Below are positions 24,713 through 35,993 of a stretch of DNA of 64,000 nt, in pieces. Numbering within the stretch: the first letter of the stretch is position 1; each line of letters opens with the position of its first letter. Origin of the DNA: Microbotryum violaceum (lineage: Eukaryota); NCBI GenBank assembly GCA_001244265.2, contig CDLV01000013.1:1178001-1242000 (forward strand), written 5' to 3'. The position numbers and the translations under genes are program-made. The notes beneath the pieces are model-generated. The model searched no databases. It had not been told where the DNA came from and saw only the letters and a program-made list of their open reading frames with translations.

Positions 24713-27700
24713 TCATCGGGTCGACGAGGTACCATTGCTGCCGCCAATCAACCCATTCCCATTCGTCGTTTCATCGTAAAAGACGACCTTCTTCTTCTCG
24801 GCCCAACCTCGTCCGAATCGTTTTGATGGCACCTCATCGGCTCGACTCGCTTCAGACTGAAGCAACGCCTCAAGATAGTCGACGGCAGGTGCAGGTGCAG
24901 CAGATGCCATGCTTCTCGTCGGGTTCCCCGAAGCGGGTGCGTTCGAACTGGGTGGTTGGGCCATGTTACCCATCCCGTTCATCGGCACGTTCGAAGTGCT
25001 CGGAAGGGGCCTGATCTCGGGGCTCAACAAGTCCGCAAAGGTGTCGGGTGAGAAGGGCGCGTCGACGGACCAGGATGGGATCGATTGCTGCCACAAAGGA
25101 CTCGGCTTCGCAGCGTCCGAGTATCCCGGTCCGACCCACGCGTTGAGGGGCACCTTACCCAGGCGGGCTGGCAACTTGTAGGGAGACGCAAAAACGGGAT
25201 GACCGAGCGGCTCGTCGATGTTGTCGAGCTCGTCTTCTTTGGCATAGCGAGGTCGATGGGGTAGGCACAGCTCAGGCATCGCGAGCAGCGACCGTAGGGT
25301 CTCGGCGGTTGTCGCGCCGAGTGGGGTGTTGAACTCGTCAAGCACGATCAGAATCGTCTGCATCTCCTCAAAGATGTGCGTCGAGTCCTGTCCGCGAAGC
25401 TTGCGGATCGCAATCTCGCGGACGAGCGTACGGCCCGTCGCGGCGTAGCAGTAAGAGAGGAATGGAGCAAGTCCTCCGATCTCGAACGACGAGCCACAGA
25501 GCGTGTAAACTGAATTGAGGATCGCGCGCGCGCTCGTGATGCATTTGGCAAAGCTGTCGTCGTCTTCAACGAGCATCACGAACGGCTCATGCAGCATGAT
25601 GAGGCAGACGTGCGGGATGGCAAAGATGAGCGCGAGGCGACTGTCGGCGTTGGGCGAGGTGTAGATGTTTTGGATCTCACGCGGGACGGATTGTTGGAAC
25701 TGCCGGATGGTCGCCTCTAGTCGGCGGAACGTTTCTCTGAAAGCGAGGAAGAACAAAGCATAAGTTCCAAATCCCTACTCGTGCATTTCCTGCTCACTTA
25801 CGAGTTTCTGATATCCGAGACGGTCAGTTTTGAGCCATCCGTCTTCATGCGAGCCAGGCTCATGCCGATCGGGTACGGCGCACGACTGAGGAACGTCGTT
25901 ACACGACCGAGTAGATAGGTGCACTTGAGATAGATTTGGAAGACACCGACCAGTCCAGGAGGGTGGTCCACGAAAAAGTTGGCGTTCCAGCTCGACAGCG
26001 GACTCGTGTCGAGGTCCTTGGCCGGATAGGACACGCCATGTGGAGGCGGTATCAAGGTCGTGATGTCGGCTGCCAGACACAAAGCCGATTTGCACATCAG
26101 CTAACTTATGCGTGGCACGGGGAACTGCTAGCTGGATAGATCTTACCTTCATCGAGACTGCAAGCCCAGGCGGTACTCGCCGTCGCAATCTTGTCCGCCA
26201 AAAAGGCCATCTGACACGCCGTCGCCCTCTCATACAAGTCTTCGGGGTCATCAGTCGGCGGCAGCACCGATTGCTTCATGTGCAGAAATCGGTCCCTCAG
26301 CACGCCGTCTTTGCCCCTCGTTGCGGCCCTGACATGATTTAGTCCGAGACCAACGATGATCCTCGTCAACCGCGCGACCTGTAGCCAGACTTTGGCGAAT
26401 TTGCCCGCCGTGTAGAACGAGAAGCAGACGAGTCCAGCGGCTTGCGCGACTCGTATCCGTTGATTCGATGCTTTCGAGAAGGCTTCGTCGATGAGACTGT
26501 CGGCTTTGGCCGCGTGCCAGTCTGCGAAAGACTCGTCGGGATCACTAATGCCCCATTGTTTGGGCTCGTCGGCGAACCAGTCCGAGCTGACCATCCGACC
26601 CGAAATCGCCAGCATGCCGTGGAGCAGTGCTGGTAGAGGGAACTTGGGGTGCGCAGGTGGAAGCGCAAGAGCGGCTCGGAACTTGCCTTCGACGATGAGG
26701 TCCGTGGCAAGATGAGACTTGGAGAAGAAGACGTCGATGAGTCGGTGCAACAGAGGAGGCGAAGGTAGGGCCGGCGGCCAGCCTCGGGGTGTGAGGACCG
26801 TGATATGGGACCGTGGGAACGAGGATGGGAGTCCCGGGAACGTCGGAGGTTGAGTTGGGATGTTCTGGCGAAATCCGTACCCGGCGAGAGGATCTTCCGC
26901 GCTCGTAATCGAGGGCGCTACGCCGAGTTGATCGCGGTCACCTCCGTCAAATGAGGCCGAAGTGTCATTGTTCATGTCGGAGATCGACGCCATGCCATGG
27001 TTGTTGAGACCGCCATTCCGGTTGCTATTCTCAAGCTGTGCTGTCAATTGTTCGTATGTCGTCGAAGAGGAAGAAGCCATATTCTGGCCGAGGGAGTCGG
27101 AACCACGAAATTGATCGTTGCCGGTCGGTTGGGGACGCCCATTGGATGGTGCGGCGACGTCGACTTCGGCATGCGTCAGAAAAGGGTCCTCCACCATCGG
27201 TGAGGTCTGATCCCGCTTGAACATCGAAGAGGGACCTGCAGCCGGAGTATCGGTCGGCGAATGGGAAGTGGCGGCGGATCTACACGTGTTCGGAGAATCC
27301 GAGGCTTAGCGGGGGGCACTGGCAGGGTTGGTTGGAGCGGGTAATCACCTTGGACCCCGATCCAGCTTCTCTTCCAAGCGAGCTGATCCGTGTTTGAAGC
27401 CGAATTGATATAAATCTTGTCAGCGAGTGACCTCTTCACGTCAACACCGACGTCGAGCACGAGTTACGCGCCGCGCGCGACAGGGCCACAGCCGTCCCCA
27501 AACTCCACCGGATAAGTGTGGAAGTGTGGGAGCAGAGACGCTGGAGTTGCGCGTGCACTGACCTAGTTTCGCCTCGAGTTCAGCGACCTTGTTCGTCTTC
27601 TTGGGCTTTCTCACCCCCACTGCGTAGTTGCATTCGATTTGAGTCCAGTCTCTGCACAATCCGTGTGACGCACGAGTCAGTTTCGTGATTGCGATTTCGG

Positions 27701-28020
27701 CCATTGAAGCGAGAACGGCGCTTGCAAGCATACGCCCGGATACGTGTTGCCGGGGAAGGGGCAGCAGCACACCAATCACACGTAGTCGGGATACGAGGGA
27801 GCACTCACTCTCCATGAGCACCGGCACTCTTTTTGCATGCCCCACAACAGGGACGACCGGCATCGCAGCGCACCTTGCGCGAGCGACAGGTCGTACACGA
27901 CGATCCGCGCGGCAGCGAAGGAGCGTGCCTGAGCCCGTGCGACGACAAGGGGGCACCGGACTGGATCGCATGCAGGAACGAAGGCGTCGTCGGAGCACCG
28001 GGCGTGCGATCGGGTGGCAT
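24713..28020 (-). CDS. Zn(II)2Cys6 fungal transcription factor with fungal-specific middle homology domain
   Basis: SCTTCRSRKVRCDAGRPCCGAC, then after an intron IECNY...KVAELEAKL. Middle region GWPPALPSPPLLHRLIDVFF, HPKFPLPALLHGM, LIMLHEP. Confidence 0.9.
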
Positions 28021-28149
28021 CCTAGGAGCGCTGGTTGATGAGTTGATCGAACGCGACAACTCTCGAGGGTGTGGTGTGGGTCAGGTCGGTCAGGAGTGAA
28101 AGAGCGGTTCAGCGCTGGCAATGACGACGCCGGTCACGGGAGCTCACGC

Positions 28150-28466
28150 GGCTTGTATACATGTAAGGATATATCCTTACACATGTTAATGAAATCTATT
28201 AGATAAAAAAAAATGAGTTAAGGTCAATACACAACCAAATCTGTTCATCTTGATATTGTAACATCCACATATAACTATTTCTGAATGGTGTCTGCAAGGA
28301 CTACATGGTAGCATGTGTATTGCAAGACTTGTAGTGATTCAAAATTTCTGTGTCCTTACCGCACCTCCCGTATCCTTACCGCACCCTCGTATCCTTACAT
28401 GTGTCGACATGTGTAAGGATACGCCCGCGCGCGCACGTGACATGCGTAAGGATACGCTCGCGCGCA
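28150..28466. repeat. Left TIR of the MULE
   Basis: Matches the right TIR apart from a 30-bp indel and a few substitutions. Contains repeated TAAGGATA/TATCCTTA motifs. Confidence 0.92.
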
Positions 28467-28762
28467 AAGAGCACTGGCTGCTGCTGGTGAATAATTGACT
28501 CTTTCCGCACACCAGTGGTTGTCAAAGTATCGCCATGCCCATTTTTGCACTAAGTTTAGTTATACATACTATTGCTGACCGCTATCATAGCCCCTACTGT
28601 ACACTACATTAGTGATTGACAAGGCCAAAACTTCACTGGACCACTGGGGCACAACTTTGTGAGTCAAGGTTACTTGCCATCAACATGAATGTTCCCCACT
28701 GTGATTTCCTTCAGGAGCACTGCACCGCTGGAAAACATTGTAAGAGGAGAGCATCGTCAGCT

Positions 28763-30326
28763 CTACTGATCTGCTTTTTTGGCGTTCCCGACACTCACTA
28801 TCTCGCATTCATGAAAAAAAGCCGACGCATCTTCCATCTTCCAGACACCTTGTCCTTCTTCAAGAGTCCCTTTGGGTGGTAGACTTGACACTTTAATGCC
28901 GATATCGGTAGGATCGGAGGGCTCATGGTATAGACTCCACATTTCGTGCCACTGCCGCGTTAGCATTAGGTTGAAGGCTTGCAAGAAGTTCAATGACTCC
29001 TCTTCTAGCTCGTAGAAAAGAACGGAAACTGATCCGCCAGCGTTCCTGTCCCCTATCGGCCTAGCGAGAGAGCCTTTGATTGCGTCGAAATGATAGCATG
29101 CGGCCTCTTGCCCGTATCCAACCGTCGCGTTCGTAACGAAATGTGAATTGTTGATGTTGTACACTCCTGACCGAAGGCGCCAGACCATCTCTGGCATTTG
29201 GTCCGAAACACCGAAGCGTAGCTCAGCTGGGGCCAGTGAATGTTCCGGGTAAATATTGTTGATGTTGATCACAATCACACGGGGGAGCGAGGTGATTGAA
29301 ACGAATTGCACCTAAGAGCCTCCGGGGCAATTGCGCTTGTGATGCCGACGGCCTGAGTTCTTTGCCTCTGTGTACAATTTCAACGGTTGCCCAACGATTG
29401 AGGCGAGGACGTCCGACAACGTTTCCAGCGAATGCGAAGGCAGGTGGAGACTTGAGATGAGAAGGGGCCAGTCAACCACAAACTGTCGTCTTGGGGACAC
29501 CTCAATCTGAATGCAGTTGCAGGCAGTGCAATACCCGGCTCGTTGAAGATGTAATTCGACGAGAGTTCGGTCGGGATCATTCAACGTGACAGTGCTTGGC
29601 AGAACCGGATGATCGACGGTGAACGAGTGAAGTGTCTCGAGCCAGGTCTGCCGAAAAAAGTGATGATTAGCGTCCAGTTTAAATCGTCTTGGGAGGGCGG
29701 GGTTCGCTAAGTGATTGACTGACTACTGGGCTACTATAACTCCCCCGCTTAAATGGAGTTGTAAAATGGCTTCCGCGCTCTTTCGACATCCCAACCACAG
29801 TGGAAATCATCCGTTCTCGTAATTGTGTGTATGCTTCAATTGCGTTCGCCGCCGGTTTCATATCAAACTTTCGAGCCAATGCTGTGTATTCGCGAATCGC
29901 ATCCCATAGCTCGAGTGCCAAATATCGAGGGTGGAGCCTCAACACCATCTCATCGCCAAGTGGAGGAATCACGTAGGCCGTATGGGTGTTAAGGATATCC
30001 AGACACTGCAGCCATGGTTCCAATCCGTTGGCGACCGAGAGCAATGCGATAAGCGTTGAGTCAATCCAGCAAGAATTATCGCTCCACGGGCCTTGGATAA
30101 TGACGACTGGCCCGTCTTCACCTGATCGAAGCCAGAAGTCTGCGTGGAGCTGCACAATCGTGCTACCGAGCGATGTCGACGTCGATGTCTTGGGCGGAGC
30201 GAATTTTACCCTTGGTGCAGATCTAGAGTCCTCTGGGAGCTTGTCACTGGTGCGCTCGAGTGACGTCGACGTCGAAGCAGGTTTTGGCGTGGCGATTTTG
30301 TTGTGGATTTGGACTTGGAGTACCAA
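28763..30326 (-). CDS. Transposon-borne USP-fold (papain-like) cysteine protease exons
   Basis: Cys-box-like GPWSDNSCWIDSTLIALL (ORF 29679-30326). CxxC (GYCTAC) in 29312-29584. His/Asp-box-like GVYNINNSHFVT...CYHFDAIKG...SVLFYE in 28763-29311. Confidence 0.6.
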
Positions 30327-30370
30327 TGAATGAATGAAGATTCGCTGTAGCTACACGGCGTTGATAGATG

Positions 30371-30547
30371 ACCTATTGTGAGATAGAGTATCGCCAAGGT
30401 CAATCAACTTGTAGCAGGCGAATGGGCGAGATAGACATCGAGTGTGTGTTTAAATGTATTACAACTAACCTATTGTGAGATAGAGTATCGCCAAGGTCAA
30501 TCAACTTGTAGCAGGCGAACGGGCGAGATAGATATCGAGTGTGTGTT
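30371..30547. repeat. 80-bp direct duplication (period 97) inside the MULE
   Basis: ACCTATTGTGAGATAGAGTATCGCCAAGGTCAATCAACTTGTAGCAGGCGAA(T/C)GGGCGAGATAGA(C/T)ATCGAGTGTGTGTT at 30371 and 30468. Confidence 0.92.
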
Positions 30548-31003
30548 AAAGAAGAAGGAGAGAGTGAACGAGGCCAGAGCCTTAGACAGTATCCGCGTGC
30601 AAGCCACCTCTGAGTCCAATCAATACGCCACACCGCCATCTGCCTCCATCCGGCGCCGCGCCACGCGCGCGCCAACTTCCCAATGCCACAAGTCCCTCTG
30701 GACCGCTGACCCTTTACTAATTTCCCACAACAGATTTCTACCTTTCTTGCAGATTTCGATGGCGCCAACTCCGACTTGGATGCCACCATGGACAGGGGAA
30801 TGTCGAATGCGAACGTACATGTCCTCTTTGCCTCCGATTGTGATTCAGGTTCCGACAAGAGGAAGGCCAATCGTTTTCGAGGTATCCGGTAAATTCGACC
30901 ATTGGGGGCTTCCAAATTTCGTGCATTGTGCTGCGCAAGAACTGTGAGACGGAGGATAAATCAGAGCAGGGATTCCGTCAGTAAGGCCTCAGCGCCTCTG
31001 CAC

Positions 31004-33824
31004 TCAGTCAACAGTCTGGGGCGGAGGCGTACGTATTTGGGACAACTCCGTTTCTTCATTGAGCGCCCTCACAGCCATAGGGACAACGGGGACTCGTCGC
31101 GATGGGCCGCTGAAATCTGAGCGGGGAGGACTACCTTTCGATTTGGAATTGGACGTTTGATGGAGCTTGATGGAGCGATCCGTCGGGGGAATGGCCTCGG
31201 ATGAATTGCAATGAATTGAGGGCGTCAATCCAACGTCTTCTGATGATTCGCTCGAACTATGCTCGTCAGACGGCGGGTCAGGAATCTTGCGCTTGTGGGG
31301 GTAATCAACAAGTGCTGAGCCTTTTTTGGAGGCCATCGACTGCGCAGTGGGCCCATTGCCCTGCCTTGACCGGTTCTTTGGTTGCTGCCGGGAACGATTT
31401 GACGTGGAAGGAGGTAATTTGGTTGATTCGCTCAGTGGTGGTGTTGCAGGACCCTTTGACAGGTCTGAAGGTCCTTGTGGTGACTCAGAAAACCCGATGC
31501 CAGCTAGACGAGCAGGTGCAGCGAACGAGATCGAAGGCTCAGGCATGTTGGCGTCACTGACGTAGGATGAAGGTACCCGATTGCGTGACTTGATCTCTTT
31601 GATATGAGCGCGGACGTTGCCTTGCTCGTGATAAGTGGAACTCCTGACATAGCCGTCTGTTTTCAAAGCAAAGGCGAGAATGGTTTTAGATGAGGATAAT
31701 GGGCTGGTGGTAACGCTATGCCAGGGCCTTACCGGTCGCATGACTTTCAATTCGGTCTGTCATTTTCGCGAAGTCGATAAGTCGCATCACCCCTTCCACC
31801 GGTCCAAAGCGTTCGCCACCACATGAATGGATTAGGAGCCAGTGGGAAGATTCCACCGCATTTGTTGTGGTAGCCACGCATCTTTCTGCGGATCCATTGA
31901 GTTCCTTGAATACCACATTTCGAATCGCCGGTCGTGTCCACCATTTGATCCAATTCTCTGACACAGGAAACTCGTCGATTGTGCGCTTTGCTATGGACTC
32001 AATCGATGCATGGGACTTCGCGTTGCGCATGGTGTTGACCAGCATTGCAAATCGTTCGTGCTCCGTTTGCGTACTGAGATGTCGGACCCCGAACCTCCTG
32101 ACCTGCTCAATGAAGTGAAAGGCGCACCCGCTTGCCGCCTTCTCGCCAATCTGAATAGCCTCTGCAGTCCACTGTGACACCTGATTGGGTGTGACGTTCA
32201 AGCGTCCCACATCTGCGGTCTTGCGTGCCACGTATCAATCCGAAATGGCTTGGCGAAGACCCGAAATCTTCGCGCTTGAATAATCGACAACAAATGTGAC
32301 TCCGTTGACGATGTCCTCCACGCTATAATTGGCATCGTCAAGAATCTGGAATAGGTGCGCAAAATGTCGGCGGTAGAAGCCCGATCGCTCGTGGTTGCCG
32401 ACGGAGTACAGGATCGGAAACCAGCGACGAGCGCTTGGCGAATAGCAGACCGTGGCGAGCAACACCCAATTGTCGCGAAAGTAGGTGTTGTGAGCGTCGG
32501 TAGGCCATCCCAAATTGCCTTCGACTAGCCGGTCGTCAATCGTTTCCGAGAGCCTCACTTTCATCTGAGGAGTCTGGATGCCAAATGACGTCTCAGAGTC
32601 GGTTAGCGAATTGGAGGTGATCTTCGACTTCGGCCGCGACCCATCGTTCCTGGGTTGCTTCCGAGGGTCAGGATCGTGTATTTGCTCGGCAAGTGGCTGC
32701 CCTTGGCGCTGTCCCGGTATTTCGATGTACGGAGGCAACCGGCATTGGCAACAGCTTCAATAGCTGACCTCAACGTGTCGGGCAGGGCTACATTACGCTT
32801 ACTGTGGCCCACTCTTGGTGCGTATCTCGAGATTGATCGAGTGCTGTCGAATACAGGGCAAATCTCAGAGGCGGACGGCCGATGACGAGGGTCCTGCGGA
32901 AATGCGGTCATTTGTCCCATGCGCAGCTCGGCGGCCGATGCTTGTGGAGCGGCTTTACGCAATTGTTGCAGCTCTTCCAGATGTTGCGGGGACGGACGCG
33001 ACACCGGAGGCGGAGGATGCAAAGATATATATTTCCCCCTGGCATTCCTCACGCTGCCCTCGGGCAATCGTAGCGGAGCACAGGATGTGCCTCATCGGTC
33101 CGTTACAGCTTGTGATTGGACACGGCGGTAACTCGTCTGAAGGCCTCTCAACGTTTGGAGTGAGGTGCTTGCGGGTTGCAGCCTTCTTGGGGCGTCCTGT
33201 GATGAGCTGTGGAGTCTCCTCCTGAAACAACTTCGACCTACTCGCTGTCGACAGCGATGTGTAAGGTCGACGCTTGCCAGGGCATGATTGATCACAACAG
33301 ACGAACACGCCCATGCAACGCCTTTTGCTGTACTTGCTGTACTCGACGTTTGCATCCAAACGCGGGCCTTTCCATCGCCCTTTTGAATCGGTTCGAGATG
33401 ATGACGCCGAGAAAGCCCACATGTGTGACAAGCCACCGCTCGAGCCTGGATCCATACGAACAATGAGGACGTCGCCCCAAGTCCCGTTGGGCCGCCAAGG
33501 ATCAAGAACAATCTCTTGTGGGTATGCTTCGAGCATCAAGTCCGTCATCGTTGTCCTTCCTTCACTATATGTTGGTAAATTCGCATGGTCTTCACTGTTG
33601 ACGAGCTTGTCATCCGTTGAATATGGTTCGGTGTTCGGACGTAGATTGCCGGAGATCCTGTCGCTTGGAGATGCTTCACGCTTTTCCCTGACAAGCAAGT
33701 CGTGCTTGGAAGCAGAAGGTGCGCCACTTGGAACAGGGGCATCTACCCGGCCTTGAGGTCTTGTAGTGATATTTACGAATGGGAGTCGAGCCTTGATGTG
33801 CTCGTAGACCTGTGACATTTGCAA
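31004..33824 (-). pseudogene. MULE transposase with N-terminal GCM-like Zn domain; interrupted copy
   Basis: GCM-like KRRCMGVFVC..SC...RP...CPITSCNGPMRHILC. DDE core TDAHNTYF, RRWFPILYS, FVVDYSSA, GCAFHF (CxxH), WIKWW, TTTNAVESSH. In-frame TGA at 32235-32237 and frame changes near 33000 and 32700, which could be introns. Confidence 0.8.
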
Positions 33825-34449
33825 TCAAGAGTCAGCTCAGCGACTAAAGCTCAACGACGTAGAATCCGTCAACTCATGAAGCTATACGCACTCTCAAGGT
33901 AATGGTTGCTTCTGCTGACAATGAGTCGATGTCGAGTACGAAGCCGGTCAACCCGAGAACCTTGTCCGAAGATTCGGTCGCAGCAGTAAATGCTGCGAGT
34001 TGGTCGTACCGGCAGGAGGCAAGACATGGAGTCGAGTGAGTAGATGACGTAGCCGCGTCGTCGACCACCCAGTAGTCGAAGCAGGAGTCCTCTGTACAAA
34101 GGCACAGATAAGTCGCCAAATTAAACGGTTAGTAACTGGCTGAGTGGCCTGTCAACATTGCTTGGGAACCGATCTAATCTTGTCTTGCATACCTTGGAGA
34201 GCCAGGCCAGTTAGCTCAGCAACCTCTTCCAAAATATCTCGTAGATAGACGAAACAATGTCCTGTCTCCGTGAAGTTGATGGACACCAACAGCGAAAATA
34301 TCATCGGCACGTTAGTCGCCAAGAGAGGTTTCAAGGAAACCTCAGAGTTGACCATCAACACTAAGAAAGGCAAGCGGACAATATCAATTTCCAGTGAAGC
34401 CGTTTGTTAAGCAGGCTGGGAGAGCGCATGTTGATGTAAAAGTGCACCA

Positions 34450-34607
34450 CCTATAGAGGGGGCAGCGGTAGGATGTTACGCAGCGCAGTGTCAGAACTGA
34501 TAGTTGAGGAACAAGTGATTGAAGTATTGCAACTAACCTATATAGGTGGCAGCGGTAGGATGATGCGCAGCGCAGTGTCAGAATCGATAGTCGAGGAACG
34601 AGTGATT
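34450..34607. repeat. ~70-bp diverged direct duplication inside the MULE
   Basis: CCTATA..GG.GGCAGCGGTAGGATG...CGCAGCGCAGTGTCAGAA..GATAGT.GAGGAAC.AGTGATT at ~34450 and ~34537. Confidence 0.85.
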
Positions 34608-34750
34608 AAAGAAAAGATAAACAAGGGAGTCTGCTTTGCGAAGGCATAGGCCCACGCGCAAGACTATAATTCACTCAGACACTAAGTCTAATCCACTGCC
34701 TTAAAACCAATCGAGCCTCCGGGCGCGCGCCTCGCCTCGTTACCGATGGC

Positions 34751-35494
34751 CTACCATCTAGACAACACATGTGGCGTACCTTCAAGCTTAAGAGTCGTAT
34801 TTTGATGCTTGGGAAGAATGGAGCTGTCCTTTGGAATAGCCTTGGGTTGTGAAACGCTTAGACGGCAGAGGTTCGGAGCTAATGCTGGTGAAAGCGAGCC
34901 GACTTGGAGGGTAGAAGCGGAATTCACACTCTCAACACTGCTTTGACTGCGCAGCGACGGCCAACCGGGATCGCGGTTCTGGGAGCACAGGAGAGGCATT
35001 GTTGACTTCTCTTGCTTGATGGTGTGGTGGAAGGGAGTGTCGTGGGCGAGCCTAGTGGAACAAGGTGAGTCATTGTCACGGTCGTCCTTGTGATCGTTGT
35101 GCTTATCGTCCACATAATTGTCACAGTTCTCCTCGCAGTCCTCTGCGGACTTGATGCGATTAGGCAAGTCGCTTGTACGATCGGTGATAGGAAATTCTCC
35201 TGTTGGAGTCGGGGATTTTGATAGCCGCGGTGCGGACACCGTGCAGGTCAATGCTTCAGCTTGAAGGTCGCCAGAATCGTCCTGAGGATGCGCTGAGTTT
35301 GCCGACTCGGGGACCGACTGGCCGTTTCCTTTCCTGATTCGACGATTGGTTCCTACCGTTGATTGGCGTTTGATGCTTGGGACTTTGAATCTCGACTTGG
35401 GAGTCCGCCATTGGGCCCGGTCTCCAGCTCCAGAACGAGTCCGAGCCCAGGGCCCGGCGTCACGGTCGGGAAGTTGGCGGTTCCGCAATCTCAT
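34751..35494 (-). CDS. Low-complexity ORF just inside the right TIR; possible first exon of the MULE protein
   Basis: Long open frame (MRLRNRQLPDRD...), basic then acidic, on the same strand as the transposase. No recognisable domain. Confidence 0.35.
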   Translation of the reverse strand: MRLRNRQLPDRDAGPWARTRSGAGDRAQWRTPKSRFKVPSIKRQSTVGTNRRIRKGNGQSVPESANSAHPQDDSGDLQAEALTCTVSAPRLSKSPTPTGEFPITDRTSDLPNRIKSAEDCEENCDNYVDDKHNDHKDDRDNDSPCSTRLAHDTPFHHTIKQEKSTMPLLCSQNRDPGWPSLRSQSSVESVNSASTLQVGSLSPALAPNLCRLSVSQPKAIPKDSSILPKHQNTTLKLEGTPHVLSRW

Positions 35495-35669
35495 TGATGA
35501 AAGATTTGAGTCCGTGCCTGCTGGCACAAAGCTGGAGGTCGCAATTGGCTGGTTCGCAAAATTCAAACAGTGCCACGGTGTTGACGTCGATGGGCGGTGT
35601 GGGGACAATTAGGTGAACAAATGTGAACAAAGGCTTCGAGCTGAGTGCGCCTCCTGTCGTTCCACATGC

Positions 35670-35993
35670 CACGTGCGCGCGCGGGCGTATCCTTACACAT
35701 GTCACGTGCGCGCGCGGGCGTATCCTTACGCATGTCACGTGCGCGCGGGCGTATCCTTACACATGTCGACACATGTAAGGATACGAGGGTGCGGTAAGGA
35801 TACGGGAGGTGCGGTAAGGACACATAAATTTTGAATCACTACAAGTCTTGCAATACACATGCTATCATGTAGTCCTTGCAGACACCATTCAGAAATAGTT
35901 ATATGTTGATGTTACAATATCAAGATGAACAGATTTGGTTGTGTATTGACCTTAACTCATGTGTAAGGATATATCCTTACATGTGTCGTGGCC
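35670..35993. repeat. Right TIR of the MULE with three ~32-bp subterminal units
   Basis: CACGTGCGCGCG(CG)GGCGTATCCTTAC(A/G)CATGT three times at ~35670-35766, then the reverse complement of the left TIR. Confidence 0.92.

Larger units (their letters stand above)
28150..35993 (-). mobile_element. Mutator-like (MULE) DNA transposon, ~7.84 kb, long TIRs, 10-11-bp TSD
   Basis: About 28150-28466 is the reverse complement of about 35670-35993. Both ends read GGC-N6-ACATGTAAGGATATATCCTTACACATG. Flanking direct repeat GAGCTCACGC at 28140-28149 and 35995-36004 (11 bp with one mismatch). Internal MULE transposase. Confidence 0.9.

Noticed and set aside
12116-28020. Secondary-metabolite cluster (monooxygenase + Zn2Cys6 factor)
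   Set aside because: No PKS, NRPS, terpene synthase or transporter is visible, and the neighbouring genes are housekeeping or unrelated.
35670-35770. CRISPR-like array from the ~32-bp repeated units
   Set aside because: Units are contiguous with no unique spacers, lie in a transposon TIR, and the context is eukaryotic with no cas genes.
28159-35984. ACATGT or CATG as the MULE target-site duplication
   Set aside because: The motif recurs inside the TIRs as part of the palindrome. A better 10-11-bp duplication (GAGCTCACGC) lies 9 bp further out with symmetric GGC termini.
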